DNA of 64,000 nucleotides from Rhabdothermincola salaria (GCF_021246445.1 NZ_JAJQXW010000001.1:1134168-1198167), one strand, 5' to 3'; positions 29,182 through 40,028 are shown, counted from the stretch's first letter. Numbers and translations: made by a program. The notes: generated by a model not told the origin, from the sequence alone.

Positions 29182-29275
29182 AAGCCGGTCGGGAGGTCGG
29201 GTCGACGCCAGCCGGGGCCGCCGACGCCGGTAGCGTCTGGGACCCATCCCCCGCCGACGTCTCCCGGAGCGCCCC

Positions 29276-29512
29276 ATGCCCGCCAGCCGAGCCCCCTCCT
29301 CCTCGCCGTCCGTCGAGGCCATGGTCACCGCGGCCGGAGCCGACCGCGAGACCCTCGACGCCCTCCGCGCCGGGTTCCAGGCGCGGATCGCCCGACGCAG
29401 CGACGACTTCGAGGCGACGAAGGGGCTGCAGCTCACCGAACACGCCCTCAGCCAGCTCTCTCGCGACGGTGACCCCTGGGACCGGCTGGTCCGCAAGCTC
29501 GTCAAGGACTGA
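29276..29512 (+). CDS. Small hypothetical protein
   Basis: 78 aa ORF with high GC3; GGAG upstream. Confidence 0.55.
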   Translation: MPASRAPSSSPSVEAMVTAAGADRETLDALRAGFQARIARRSDDFEATKGLQLTEHALSQLSRDGDPWDRLVRKLVKD

Positions 29513-29593
29513 CATCTCGCCCGTCGCCATCGCGCGCCCCGCCCACGAAGGGCACCACGTCTCCCGGGCGCCGATGTGGGGTATGCCCTGGCG

Positions 29594-29743
29594 ATGAGTG
29601 ACTACAGCGAACAGGGCGCCGTCCCCGTCGAGGACGCAGCCGCCGACGATCCCCCCACCGAGGAGGAGGTCCGCGAGGCCCAGGAGCGAGATCACCCCGA
29701 CCAGGCGGCCACCAGCACCTACGCCGAGGACGGCGGCGACTGA
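29594..29743 (+). CDS. Small acidic hypothetical protein (49 aa), absent from the ORF track
   Basis: MSDYSEQGAVPVEDAAADDPPTEEEVREAQERDHPDQAATSTYAEDGGD*; GC3-rich codons; fills an intergenic gap; GGGTAT upstream. Confidence 0.6.
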   Translation: MSDYSEQGAVPVEDAAADDPPTEEEVREAQERDHPDQAATSTYAEDGGD

Positions 29744-29795
29744 ACGGCCCCGCCCCGCGTCGCCGGACGCCCCCCGTCGGCACCACACTGGCCGG

Positions 29796-30389
29796 ATGAT
29801 CGACCCGACCGTCAAGCGCAGCCTGGGCCAGATGATCAAGGGCGTCCAGGTGGTGGCCGCCACCCACGAAGGGCTCACCCGGGCCTACACGTCGCACTGG
29901 GTGACCCAGGTGTCGTTCGAGGAGCCCATCGTGATGGCCTCGATCTCACCGAAGCACGACACCTGGCCCCTGATCGAGTCGTCCGGCTCGTTCACGGTGT
30001 CGATCCTGGCCGGCGATCAGATCGCCCAGGGCCAGTACTTCTCCTACCCGGGCCGTCGCTTCCGCCACATGGCCCCCGAGTTCCTGGAGGAGGTCGACGG
30101 CCACCCGGTCGTCGTGGGGTGCATCGCCTGGTTCACCGCCGAGATCTTCGAGCGGATGACCATGGCTGATCACGAATTGGTCTTCGGGCGGGTCGTCGCC
30201 ACGGGGACCGGCCGGCTGAAGGAGCCCCCGTTGCTCTACTCGAGTCGGCACGGCTGGCGCCTCACCGGCGACAAGGCCCGCGAGGCCGGCGTGTCGGTCC
30301 GCGACCAGCTCCTGGCCCGCCTCGACGCCGACGGACCCGTCGCCACCGCGTCGCCGGACGAGGACCCCGGGCCGGACGCCGGCGACTGA
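29796..30389 (+). CDS. Flavin reductase family protein
   Basis: [22 protein letters not shown]. Confidence 0.9.
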   Translation: MIDPTVKRSLGQMIKGVQVVAATHEGLTRAYTSHWVTQVSFEEPIVMASISPKHDTWPLIESSGSFTVSILAGDQIAQGQYFSYPGRRFRHMAPEFLEEVDGHPVVVGCIAWFTAEIFERMTMADHELVFGRVVATGTGRLKEPPLLYSSRHGWRLTGDKAREAGVSVRDQLLARLDADGPVATASPDEDPGPDAGD

Positions 30390-30424
30390 CCGCGAGACAT
30401 CTCGCAGCCCTACTGCAAGAATCG

Positions 30425-31261
30425 ATGCCCATGGGCATCGAGACGACCCTCCTCGGCACCGGCAACCCCGTCCCCTCCCCCGAGCGCGCCGGGGCCTCGA
30501 CCCTCGTGCGAGCGGCCGGCAAGCACTTCCTCGTCGATGCCGGGCGCGGGGTCACCATGCGCCTGGCGGCGGCCGGTGCCCTGCCCGTGATGCTCGACGC
30601 CGTGCTGCTGACCCATCTGCACAGCGATCACATCTGCGATCTCAACGACGTCATCACCACCCACTGGGTGATGAGCGCCCAGCCCGCGACCCTGCAGGTC
30701 ATCGGTCCACCCCGCACGGCCGAGGTGGTCGACGCGTGCCTGGCCATGCTCGCCCCCGACATCGCCTACCGCTTGGCCCACCACGAGGACCTCACCTGGG
30801 AGCCCCGGGTCGAGGTGCTCGAGATCACGGGCGCATCGGTTCCCTTCGACCGGGACGGGGTCACGGTGCGCACGGCCGCGACCGACCATCGACCGGTCGA
30901 GCCCACCGTCGGCTACCGGATCGAGCACGAGGACGCATCAGTGGTGCTGGCGGGCGACACCGTGCCCTGCCCCGGTGTCGACGACCTCTGCCGGGGCGCC
31001 GACGTCTACGTCCAGACGGTGCTGCGCGACGACCTGGTGCGCGCCATCCCCATGCCCCGGTTCCGGGACACCATCGACTACCACTCGAGCGTCGAGCAGG
31101 CGGCCATGACCGCGGCGAGGTCCGGCGTCGGCACCCTGGTGCTCACGCACCAGGTACCGACGCCGGCCCCGGACGCAGCCGACGAGTGGGTGGCGCTCGC
31201 CGCCGCCCACTTCGCCGGGCGCATCGTGTGGGGTGAGGACCTCACCGTCGTCGGCTGCTGA
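30425..31261 (+). CDS. RNase Z/AtsA-like metallo-beta-lactamase-fold hydrolase
   Basis: LLGTGNP, DAGRG, THLHSDH, AGDT, YHSS, LTH. Confidence 0.9.
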   Translation: MPMGIETTLLGTGNPVPSPERAGASTLVRAAGKHFLVDAGRGVTMRLAAAGALPVMLDAVLLTHLHSDHICDLNDVITTHWVMSAQPATLQVIGPPRTAEVVDACLAMLAPDIAYRLAHHEDLTWEPRVEVLEITGASVPFDRDGVTVRTAATDHRPVEPTVGYRIEHEDASVVLAGDTVPCPGVDDLCRGADVYVQTVLRDDLVRAIPMPRFRDTIDYHSSVEQAAMTAARSGVGTLVLTHQVPTPAPDAADEWVALAAAHFAGRIVWGEDLTVVGC

Positions 31262-31281
31262 CGACGGGTCCTCCGCCGGGC

Positions 31282-32889
31282 TCAGCCCTGCGCGGCGAGC
31301 TCGTCGGCGAGGTCGCGCAGCTTGTTCTTGGCCACCTTGTCGAGCGTGGCGCGGGGGAAGTCCTCGACCCGGTGCACCGCTCTCGGCACCTTGAAGTCGC
31401 TGAGGTTGGCGGCGCACAGCTCCATGATCTGGCGTCCGTGCTCCTCCTCGTCCGGCGCGCCGGGACCGGCGATCACGAAGGCCACCGGCACCACGTCGAG
31501 CATGTCATGGGACCGGCCCACGACCGCCACGTCGCCCACGCCCGGCACGGTGCGGATGAGGTCCTCGACCTCCTTGGCCGACACGTTCTCGCCACCGACC
31601 TTGAGCATGTCCTTGTCGCGCTCGGAGTAGATGAGCTCGCCGTGGGGACCCTGGCGCACCCGGTCGCCGGTCTTGAACCACCCGTCGTCGGTGAAGCTCT
31701 TGGCGTTGGCCTCGGGGTTGCCGTAGTACTCGAGGAAGAGCTGGATGCCACGGGTGCCGCGGATCCACAGCTCGCCGACCTCGCCCGGCGGGCAGATCTC
31801 CCCGGCGTCGTCGACGACGAGCGCTTCGTAGCCCGGTGTGGGCTTGCCCATCGACCCCTGGGGGATGAGGCGGTTGGGCACCCAGCCGGTGGCGTGGATG
31901 ACCGTCTCGGTCATGCCGTAGGCGGGGATGATGTCGACGCCGCCGAGCAGGTCGCCCATCTGGGGCATCACCAGCCCGAAGACGCCCGCCTGCAGCTTGT
32001 TCTCGGGGATGGGCTGGCCGGCCACCGCCTTGAGCACGAACGGGATGATCGAGATGTGGGTGACGTCGTGGCGGACGACGACCTCCCAGAAGCGGCTCGC
32101 CGAGAACTTGGGCTGCAACACGATGGTGCCGCCGGCCCCCAGCACGGTGGTCCACATCGACCACGTCTGGGCGTTCACGTGGAAGAACGGCAGGTAGATG
32201 AGGTACACGCCGTCGTTGTCGATGGAGATGTTCGTGGGACCCACCCGGGCCGTCCAGAGGGCGTTGGCATGGGTGTGCACCACGGCCTTGGGGCGCGAGG
32301 TGGTGCCGGAGGTGAACATGATGCCGGAGGGCAACATGGGCTCGGGCGCACGGCCCTCGAACCCATCCTCGTCGCCTCGGAGGTCGGCGAAGGCCACGAA
32401 GTCGCCGGCGGCCACGGCCGCCGCGGCCTCGTCGGCCGGCGCCTCGCCGCTGTCGTCCTCGGTCACCGCCACCCACTTCAGCGCCGGACCGCTCTCGGCC
32501 ACCAGCGCCGCGTACTGGGGTTGGGTGATGGCCGCCACCGCGCCGGTGTGGGAGATGAAGTACTCCATCTCGGCCGCCACGCTGCGCGTGTTGGTGGTGA
32601 CGCCGGCGGCGCCGAGGTGAGCGCACGCGTACCAGGCGAGGACCATCTCGGGACAGTTGTCGGCGTGGATGATCACCTTGTCGCCCTTGGCGACCCCGCG
32701 ATCGGCGAGGCCGGCCGCCAGCCGCTTGGCCTCGCCGACGAACTCGGCATAGGTCCACGTGCGCGTCTCGCCGCTGCGGGGCTCCCAGATCAGCAGCGGC
32801 TTGTCGGGCTGGCGCTGCACCCACTCGTCGAGCAGCCACGGGATGTCCTGACCCGCGAACTGGAACTGCGCCACCTTGTCGGCGTCCAT
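31282..32889 (-). CDS. Acyl-CoA synthetase (AMP-binding, CaiC-like)
   Basis: MFTSGTTSRPK, YGMTE, WFKTGD, KVGGENVS. Confidence 0.93.
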   Translation of the reverse strand: MDADKVAQFQFAGQDIPWLLDEWVQRQPDKPLLIWEPRSGETRTWTYAEFVGEAKRLAAGLADRGVAKGDKVIIHADNCPEMVLAWYACAHLGAAGVTTNTRSVAAEMEYFISHTGAVAAITQPQYAALVAESGPALKWVAVTEDDSGEAPADEAAAAVAAGDFVAFADLRGDEDGFEGRAPEPMLPSGIMFTSGTTSRPKAVVHTHANALWTARVGPTNISIDNDGVYLIYLPFFHVNAQTWSMWTTVLGAGGTIVLQPKFSASRFWEVVVRHDVTHISIIPFVLKAVAGQPIPENKLQAGVFGLVMPQMGDLLGGVDIIPAYGMTETVIHATGWVPNRLIPQGSMGKPTPGYEALVVDDAGEICPPGEVGELWIRGTRGIQLFLEYYGNPEANAKSFTDDGWFKTGDRVRQGPHGELIYSERDKDMLKVGGENVSAKEVEDLIRTVPGVGDVAVVGRSHDMLDVVPVAFVIAGPGAPDEEEHGRQIMELCAANLSDFKVPRAVHRVEDFPRATLDKVAKNKLRDLADELAAQG

Positions 32890-33039
32890 CGATGTCCCCC
32901 TGGGAAGAGCGTTCGGGCCCTGTCACCGTCGACAGGGCGTCTCCCATTGTGTCGCGCCGCCCACCCCCACGGTGACGTCGCTCCCCTCACCCGCTTCGCC
33001 GACCCGACGAGGGTCGCCCAGAACGGGCAGGCTGAGACG

Positions 33040-33873
33040 GTGCGAGTGGCGACGTGGAACGTCCAGGGGCGGGTCGGAGACTGGCAGGACCGCCACGCGG
33101 CCATCGTGGCCGTGCTCGACGACCTGGATCCCGACGTGGTGGCCCTCCAGGAGTCCTGGGTCACCAGCGACGGGGGGACCCAAGCCGAGCAGATGGCCGC
33201 CGAGCTCGGGTGGCACGCGGTGACGGCCGCCGACCTCGCCGGCTTCGACCGGTACCCGCAGGCGCCCTACTGGGTGGTGAACGCCGTGCTGTCGCGGTGG
33301 CCGCTGGAGGTCGAGATGGCCCGGCCCCTCCGCGACGAGCGGGGCGACGCGACGTGGCGCCACGCCCTCCTGGCCCGGGTGCTGCGACCCGACGCGGAAG
33401 GGGGCCCGTTCCTGGTGGCCGGCACCCACCTCGAGCACGGGCTCGACCGCTCCGCCACCCGGATGGCCCAGGCCCGCCATCTCGCCGCCTGCGTGGCCGA
33501 AGCGCTCGGCGATCGTGCCGCCCGGACACGGGCCCTCCCGGCGGTGCTGGCCGGGGACCTCAACGCCGTCCCGTGGTCCGACGAGGTGCGTGGGCTGACG
33601 GGTGCGTCGGTCCCCCTCGTCGACGACGTCGTCTTCGTCGACGCCTGGGAGGCCGCCGGCCAGACCGGCAGGGGCGACACGTGGTCGTCGGCCAACCCGC
33701 TGGTGCCGAAGCGGGCGGTGTACCCGGACCGCCGGCTCGACTACGTGATGGTGAGCTGGCCGCGTCGGCGAAACTCCGGCCACGTGGCGGCCTGCCACCT
33801 CGCCGGCACCGAACCCGTCGACGGGGTCTGGCCCTCGGACCACTTCGCCGTGGTCACCGACGTCGACATGTGA
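33040..33873 (+). CDS. Endonuclease/exonuclease/phosphatase family protein
   Basis: ATWNV, LQE, GDLNA, RLDY, PSDHFAV. Confidence 0.92.
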   Translation: MRVATWNVQGRVGDWQDRHAAIVAVLDDLDPDVVALQESWVTSDGGTQAEQMAAELGWHAVTAADLAGFDRYPQAPYWVVNAVLSRWPLEVEMARPLRDERGDATWRHALLARVLRPDAEGGPFLVAGTHLEHGLDRSATRMAQARHLAACVAEALGDRAARTRALPAVLAGDLNAVPWSDEVRGLTGASVPLVDDVVFVDAWEAAGQTGRGDTWSSANPLVPKRAVYPDRRLDYVMVSWPRRRNSGHVAACHLAGTEPVDGVWPSDHFAVVTDVDM

Positions 33874-33958
33874 GGTTCGGCTCGCGGTCGACGCGGCGTC
33901 GTCGATACCATCGGCCCAGCCGCTGACGGTGGTGGCCACGACCAGGGGGAACGAGCAC

Positions 33959-36262
33959 ATGGCCGACGGCACCGGCGCGTACGAGGGCTTCGAGGGCCAG
34001 GTCGGTCGGGTGTTCGCCACGTCCGAACCGTGGTGGCCGCCTCGCCCCACTCCCCCGCCGGGCGCCCCCAACATCGTCGTGGTCCTCGTCGACGACCTCG
34101 GCTACGCCGACCTCGGCTGCTACGGCAGCGAGATCGCCACCCCGAACATCGACGCCCTGGCCGCCTCGGGCCTCCGCTACACGAACTACCACGCCACGCC
34201 CATGTGCTCGCCGACCCGCGCGTCGCTGCTCAGCGGCATGGAGCCCCACCTCGCCGGGGTGGGCACCGTGGCCCACTCCGATCCGGGCTTCCCCGGCTAC
34301 GCCATGGAGCTGGCCGACGACGTGGCCACGCTCCCCGAGACCCTGCGGGCCGCCGGCTACGCCACCTACATGGTCGGCAAGTGGCACCTCAGCAAGGACT
34401 CCGGCCAATCCGATGCTGGACCGAGGTCGTCGTGGCCCTGCCAGAAGGGCTTCGACCGCTTCTACGGGGTGCTCGACGCCTTCACCAACCTGCACCACCC
34501 CCATCGGCTGGTCTGCGACAACACACCGGTCGAGGTCGATGCCTACCCCGAGGGCTACTACTTCACCGACGACATCACCGACGAGGCGATCGCCATGATC
34601 AAGGCGGGCAAGGCGGCCGATCCCACCAAGCCGTTCTTCGCCTACGTGGCCCACGGGGCCGTGCACGCCCCGTTGCACGCCCCCGCCGACGCCATCGCCG
34701 AGCAACGGGGCCGTTACGACCTCGGCTGGGACGCCCTCCGCGAGGAGCGCTATCGGCGCCAGCTCGAGCTCGGGATCGTGCCCGAAGGGGTGGAGCTGGC
34801 CCCCCGCAACCGCGAGACCGGCAACGAGGTCCAGCCATGGGACTCGCTCTCCGACGACGAGCGCGAGCTGTTCGCCCGCCACATGGAGGTGTACGCGGCC
34901 ATGGTCGAGTCGGTCGATGCATCCACGGGGCGGATCCTGGCTGCACTCGAGGAGATCGGCGAGCTCGACAACACCCTCGTCGTCTTCACGTCCGACAACG
35001 GCGCCTCCCGCGAAGGCGAACTGGTCGGCACGAGCTCCTACATGGTCCACCTGCTCAACGGCGACGACGTGGCCGCCGACCGGGCCCGCCTCGACCTGCT
35101 CGGGGGCCCGCAGACCTCACCGCACTACCCGCGGGGCTGGGCCATGGCCGGAAACACCCCGTTCCGCCTCTACAAGATCAACACCCACGCCGGGGGGCAC
35201 ACGGTGCCGTTCGTCGTGAGCTGGCCGCGCCGTCTCACCGAGGGGGGCGGCACGCTGCGCCGCCAGTACGCCCACGTCTCGGACCTCATGCCCACGTTCC
35301 TCGAGCTCACCGGCGTGACCCCGCTCACCGAGCGCGATGGGAGGCCGGCCAAGCCCATCACCGGGTGCTCGATGGCCCCCACCCTCTTCGACCCCGAGGC
35401 GCCGGCGCAACGCACCGAAGCGGTCTACGAGATGATCGGCCACCGGGGCTACTACCGCGACGGGTGGGAGGTCGTGACCCTTCACCAACCCTGGACCCCG
35501 TTCGACGACAGCGAGTGGGAGCTGTACCACCTCGCCGACGACCCCACCGAGCTGAGAAACCTGGCCGCCGAACAGCCCGAGAAGACCGCCGAGCTGGCCC
35601 GGGCCTGGGAGGCCGCGGCATGGGCCACGCAGATCTTCCCCCTCGACGAGGGCACCGGTCTCAAGTACGTCCTGCGGCCACCCCACACCGACGTGGTGCG
35701 CGCCCCGCTCACCATCTGGCCGGGCACCCCCACCCTCGAGCGGTGGCGGTCCCTGCAGCTGGTGTGGATGTGCAGCGTGGACATCACCGCCCGGCTCCAC
35801 GTCACCGAGGGCGACCACGGCACCCTGGTGGCCCACGGCGACCAGAGCGGCGGCTACGCCCTCTATGTGCTGGAGGGGGGCCTCCCGGCGCTGCGCCACA
35901 ACGACGGGCGGGGCACCATGACCCAGGTGACGGGGCCCGCGGTGGGGCCCGGCGACCACGAGGTCACCGCCCACCTGTCGGCCATCGGCAACGGCCAGTG
36001 GCGGATCACCATCGAGGTCGACGGCGTGGCCGGACCCGAGTCGGCCGAGGTCCCCCTCCTGTACGGCATGGCGCCGTTCGAGGGCATCTCGGTCGGTCGC
36101 GACCCACGCTCACCGGTGTGCTGGGACCTGTTCCGCGAGCACGGCTCCTACCCCTACTCGGGCCAGCTCCGGTCCGTCACCTACACCCCGGGCGACGGAC
36201 CGCCCGATCAGCCCGACGACGTCGTGGACCTGCTGCGCAAGCTGGGCGCCAAGTACGACTGA
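33959..36262 (+). CDS. Arylsulfatase (formylglycine-dependent)
   Basis: DDLGY, CSPTR, GKWHL, SDNG. Confidence 0.95.
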   Translation: MADGTGAYEGFEGQVGRVFATSEPWWPPRPTPPPGAPNIVVVLVDDLGYADLGCYGSEIATPNIDALAASGLRYTNYHATPMCSPTRASLLSGMEPHLAGVGTVAHSDPGFPGYAMELADDVATLPETLRAAGYATYMVGKWHLSKDSGQSDAGPRSSWPCQKGFDRFYGVLDAFTNLHHPHRLVCDNTPVEVDAYPEGYYFTDDITDEAIAMIKAGKAADPTKPFFAYVAHGAVHAPLHAPADAIAEQRGRYDLGWDALREERYRRQLELGIVPEGVELAPRNRETGNEVQPWDSLSDDERELFARHMEVYAAMVESVDASTGRILAALEEIGELDNTLVVFTSDNGASREGELVGTSSYMVHLLNGDDVAADRARLDLLGGPQTSPHYPRGWAMAGNTPFRLYKINTHAGGHTVPFVVSWPRRLTEGGGTLRRQYAHVSDLMPTFLELTGVTPLTERDGRPAKPITGCSMAPTLFDPEAPAQRTEAVYEMIGHRGYYRDGWEVVTLHQPWTPFDDSEWELYHLADDPTELRNLAAEQPEKTAELARAWEAAAWATQIFPLDEGTGLKYVLRPPHTDVVRAPLTIWPGTPTLERWRSLQLVWMCSVDITARLHVTEGDHGTLVAHGDQSGGYALYVLEGGLPALRHNDGRGTMTQVTGPAVGPGDHEVTAHLSAIGNGQWRITIEVDGVAGPESAEVPLLYGMAPFEGISVGRDPRSPVCWDLFREHGSYPYSGQLRSVTYTPGDGPPDQPDDVVDLLRKLGAKYD

Positions 36263-36312
36263 TCCACGCCACGGCAGGGAACCCTCACCCCTCCAACGGG
36301 TAGGTCGGGGGC

Positions 36313-36786
36313 ATGCCCCCCTCTTCGTCCCCTCCCAGTTACCCGGCGTCGGCCACCGACGCAGGCACCGACCCCGTCGTCTTCCCGTTCGGCCACGACC
36401 GCCGCTTCGCCCTCGCCGCGCTGGCGTTCGGCGTGACGGACCGCACCGCCCGGGTCGAGGTCCACCAGGACCGCCTGGTGGCCCGCTTCGGGCCGTGGAC
36501 CGTCGACACGCCGTTGTCGAACGTGTCCTCGGCCACGGTGTCCGGGCCCTTCAGCTGGTGGAAGGTCGCCGGACCAGCCCACCTGTCGTTCTCCGACCGT
36601 GGCCTCACCTTCGCCACCACCAACGCCCGGGGGGTGTGCCTCACCTTCCACGAGCCGGTGACGGGCATCGATCCCCTCGGGGCCGTCCGCCACCCGGGCC
36701 TCACCGTCACCGTGGCCGAACCCCACGTCCTGGCCGACCTCCTGGATCGAGCGGCCCGCACCGAGGACGAGGGGACGGATCGATGA
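36313..36786 (+). CDS. Conserved hypothetical protein
   Basis: ARFGPW, GPAHLSFSDRGLTFAT; ATGA overlap with next gene. Confidence 0.75.
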   Translation: MPPSSSPPSYPASATDAGTDPVVFPFGHDRRFALAALAFGVTDRTARVEVHQDRLVARFGPWTVDTPLSNVSSATVSGPFSWWKVAGPAHLSFSDRGLTFATTNARGVCLTFHEPVTGIDPLGAVRHPGLTVTVAEPHVLADLLDRAARTEDEGTDR

Positions 36787-37403
36787 GCGAGTCGGAGCCG
36801 CTGACCGCCTTCGGGCTCAACTGCAGCCTCAAGGGCACCGACGCCGGACCATCGAGCACCCACCTGTTGCTGACCGAGGTCATGGAGGCGTTCGGCGGCC
36901 ACGGTGTGCACTCGCTCGGCATCGAGCGGGTCGTCGACCACGACGTCCGGCCCGGTGTGACGAGCGACGAGGGCCACGGCGACGAATGGCCGGTCCTGCG
37001 CGACAAGGTGCTGGCCGCCGACATCCTCGTGCTGGGCACACCGATCTGGCTGGGTCACGCCGCCAGTCCCGCTCAACGGGTGCTCGAGCGCCTCGACGCC
37101 TTCCTCGCCGAGTTCGACGACCGGGGACGTCCCGTCGCCTTCGACAAGGTGGCGGTGGTGGCAGTCGTCGGCAACGAGGACGGTGCTCACCACGTGAGCG
37201 CCGAGCTCTTCCAGGGGTTGAACGACGTGGGCTTCACCATTCCCGCCCAGGGCGTCACCTACTGGGTGGGCGAGGCCATGCACGGCACCGACTACCAGGA
37301 CCTCCCGGATGGCAGCGAGAAGACCCGCACCACCACGAGGACGGTGGCGGCCAACGGCGCCCACCTGGCGCGTTCGCTGCGCGGGGAGGGCTACCCGGCC
37401 TGA
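36783..37403 (+). CDS. Flavodoxin-like/NADPH-dependent FMN reductase family protein
   Basis: NCSLK, GTPIWLG, VGNEDGAHH. Confidence 0.9.
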   Translation: MSESEPLTAFGLNCSLKGTDAGPSSTHLLLTEVMEAFGGHGVHSLGIERVVDHDVRPGVTSDEGHGDEWPVLRDKVLAADILVLGTPIWLGHAASPAQRVLERLDAFLAEFDDRGRPVAFDKVAVVAVVGNEDGAHHVSAELFQGLNDVGFTIPAQGVTYWVGEAMHGTDYQDLPDGSEKTRTTTRTVAANGAHLARSLRGEGYPA

Positions 37404-37452
37404 CGGAGCGGCCGACCATCCCGTGGGGACCGCACCGGCCGGGTGGCGACGT

Positions 37453-37941
37453 TCAGGGGGCCGCGGCTCGCGCCGGGGCCCCGGCCGCGTCTCGCTGGGC
37501 CCGGCCCTGGAGCACGGCGGCGCAGGCGTCGGCCAGAGCGGCGACCTGAGCCGGGTCCAGGTGGTCGAGGAACGCCTGTCGGACCCCTGCGACATGGTCG
37601 GGAGCGGCCGCATCGAGGCGAGCCCGGCCCTCGGAGGTGAGCACCGCGAGGATCACGCGTCGGTCGTCGGAGGACGGTTCACGGGCCACGAGACCGGCCT
37701 TCACGAGCCCGTCGAGACGGCGGGTGAGCCCACTCGGCGAGAGGTGGAGGTGGGCGGCGAGGTCACACATCCGCAGGTGGTCGCCCGGAGCCTCCGACAG
37801 CGCCACCAGCACGGCGTAGTCGCCGGCGGTGACGCCGTGCCGGGCCACGAGGTCGTTCTCGAGCTCGGCGAGCACGTCGGCGTGCACCCCGAGGAGTCCT
37901 CGCCACGCCGCCATCTCGGTGTCGTCGAGCCACTCGGTCAT
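37453..37941 (-). CDS. MarR family transcriptional regulator
   Basis: LRMCDLA..LSPSGLTRRLDGL..DDRR winged helix; TACGCT 6 nt before ATG. Confidence 0.93.
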   Translation of the reverse strand: MTEWLDDTEMAAWRGLLGVHADVLAELENDLVARHGVTAGDYAVLVALSEAPGDHLRMCDLAAHLHLSPSGLTRRLDGLVKAGLVAREPSSDDRRVILAVLTSEGRARLDAAAPDHVAGVRQAFLDHLDPAQVAALADACAAVLQGRAQRDAAGAPARAAAP

Positions 37942-37981
37942 GCCCCCAGCGTAGCCCGCCGCACATTTCTCCCCACAAAGG

Positions 37982-38021
37982 TTGTGATCACAATCTCTTC
38001 CGGCAATACTTGTGCTCACAA
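37982..38021. promoter_or_regulatory. Two palindromic operator sites between marR and yceI
   Basis: TTGTGATCACAA (37982-37993) and TTGTGCTCACAA (38010-38021) in an AT-rich divergent spacer. Confidence 0.7.
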
Positions 38022-38076
38022 TCACCACGGACGAGCGGCAGTCGCCGCCACCGACCCCCCCACACAGGAGCGCACC

Positions 38077-38640
38077 ATGGCCTCGATCCACGACCTCACC
38101 CCCGGCACCTGGGACGTCGACCCCTCCCACACCACCGTCGGCTTCGTCGGCCGCCACCTCATGATCACCAAGGTGCGAGGTCGCTTCAGCGGGGTCACCG
38201 GCACCGTCACCGTGGCCGAGGACCGAACGCAGTCCTCGGTGACGGCCACCATCGACATGGCCTCGGTCGACACCCGCGACGAGGGCCGCGACGCCCACCT
38301 GCGCGGCGAGGACTTCTTCGACGTCGAGCACCACCCCACCATGACGTTCGCCAGCACCGAGGTGCGCCAGGACGGCGGGGACTTCGTGCTCGTCGGCGAC
38401 CTCACCATCAAGGGCGTCACCAAGCCGGTGGAGCTCGAGCTCGAGTTCGACGGCGTCAGCGGCGACCCGTGGGGCGGCACCCGCGCCGGCTTCACCGCCA
38501 AGGGCGAGGTCAACCGCAAGGACTGGGGCCTCGAGTGGAACGTGGCCCTCGAGACCGGCGGGGTGCTCGTCGGCGACAAGATCAAGATCGAGCTCGACGT
38601 GCAGGTCGTCCAGCACGTCGAAGAGCCCGCCAACGCCTGA
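38077..38640 (+). CDS. YceI family protein
   Basis: WDVDPSHT, KVRGRF, RDAHLR, GDLTIKGVT, DPWG; AGGAG RBS. Confidence 0.95.
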   Translation: MASIHDLTPGTWDVDPSHTTVGFVGRHLMITKVRGRFSGVTGTVTVAEDRTQSSVTATIDMASVDTRDEGRDAHLRGEDFFDVEHHPTMTFASTEVRQDGGDFVLVGDLTIKGVTKPVELELEFDGVSGDPWGGTRAGFTAKGEVNRKDWGLEWNVALETGGVLVGDKIKIELDVQVVQHVEEPANA

Positions 38641-38662
38641 TCCGGCGGGCCGGCAGACCTGA

Positions 38663-38703
38663 CGCGACGAGGCCCTCCCGACGCCCGGGAGGGCCTCGTC
38701 GCG
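38663..38703. terminator. Bidirectional hairpin terminator between convergent yceI and P450
   Basis: Perfect 18-bp stem cgcgacgaggccctcccg / cgggagggcctcgtcgcg, 5-nt loop. Confidence 0.75.
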
Positions 38704-38731
38704 CGTTCGTGGTCGACCGCGCCAGGGCCGG

Positions 38732-39991
38732 TCAGTGCGCCGGACGGATCGCCGACCAGGTGATCGGCAGCTCGGCGAAGCCGTCGATGAGGTTCGAGTT
38801 GACCCGCGGGAAGGTGGCGGGATCGCCCACGACCTCGAGCCCCTCGAAGCGGGTGAGGATGGCCTCGAACATGATGCGGGCCTCGAGGCGGGCGAGGCTC
38901 GCCCCCAGGCAGAAGTGTGGGCCGCCCGCACCGAACGCGACGTGGTCGTTGGGGTCACGGGTGAGGTCGAGGCGGTCGGGCTCGGCGAAGGCCCGCTCGT
39001 CCCGGTTGGCCGAGGCATAGACCATGAGGACGCGCTCGCCCGCGGAGATCGATCGGCCACCGAGCTCGACGTCGGTGACCGGCGTTCGCGTGAAGTGCAC
39101 CACCGGGGTGACGAAGCGGAGCAGCTCCTCGATGGCCGTGGGCAGCTGGTCGAGGTTGCCGCGCAGCCACTCCAGCTGCTCGGGGTCCTGCAGCAGGGCC
39201 AGCGTGCCGGTCGTGATGAGGTTCCGGGTCGTCTCGCTGCCGGCGTTCTGCAGCAGCATGAAGAACACCTCGATCTGGAACTTCGTCAGCTTCTCACCGT
39301 CCACCTCGGCGGCGAGCAGGACGCTCATGAGGTCGTCGCGCGGCTCGCGCTCGCGCTGCGACGCCAGGTCGTCGGCGTACATGAACATCTCGGTCATGGC
39401 CTGAGTCCGCTGCTCGGCGGTGACCGCCGGGTCGAACCCGAAGGTGCGCTCGGTCCAGTCGAACACCATGGCGCGGTCCTGCTCGGGGACGCCCACCATG
39501 TCGGCGATGACGTGGAGGGGCAGCCACAGGGCCAGGTCGTGCACGAGGTCGCAGCCGTCGCGGCCGGCCAGGTCGTCGATGATGGCGTCGGTGCGCTCGC
39601 GCAACCGGTCGGAGAGATCGGCCACGCGCCGGGGCGTGAAGCCCTTGTTCACCAGCTTGCGGAGCTTGATGTGCTCCGGGGCGTCCTTGCTGATCAACAG
39701 CTCGGAGGAGCCGCCACCCTCGGCGTCGCCCATCCGACCGTCGTCGAGGAAGGGGTCGGGGGCGTTGTGGAACGTGACGGAGTCCCGCGACACCCGTTGC
39801 ACGTCGTCGTGGCGGGTGACGGCCCAGTAGCCACCCGGATAGGCGGGGTGGTCGTGGTGCGACACCGGGTCGTTGTCGCGCAACCAGCGGTAGTACTCGT
39901 AGGGAACGCCGTGGTCGTAGGTGCGTGGATCGTGCAGTGACGGTGCGGCATCGGTCGCCGCCGTCCCGCCGACGTCGGTCGTGGTCGTCAT
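38732..39991 (-). CDS. Cytochrome P450 (CYP125/CYP142-like)
   Basis: [22 protein letters not shown] heme motif. Confidence 0.95.
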   Translation of the reverse strand: MTTTTDVGGTAATDAAPSLHDPRTYDHGVPYEYYRWLRDNDPVSHHDHPAYPGGYWAVTRHDDVQRVSRDSVTFHNAPDPFLDDGRMGDAEGGGSSELLISKDAPEHIKLRKLVNKGFTPRRVADLSDRLRERTDAIIDDLAGRDGCDLVHDLALWLPLHVIADMVGVPEQDRAMVFDWTERTFGFDPAVTAEQRTQAMTEMFMYADDLASQREREPRDDLMSVLLAAEVDGEKLTKFQIEVFFMLLQNAGSETTRNLITTGTLALLQDPEQLEWLRGNLDQLPTAIEELLRFVTPVVHFTRTPVTDVELGGRSISAGERVLMVYASANRDERAFAEPDRLDLTRDPNDHVAFGAGGPHFCLGASLARLEARIMFEAILTRFEGLEVVGDPATFPRVNSNLIDGFAELPITWSAIRPAH

Positions 39992-40028
39992 CGTGTCTCC
40001 TTCGCAGGCCTCGTGAGCACCAGTGCGG

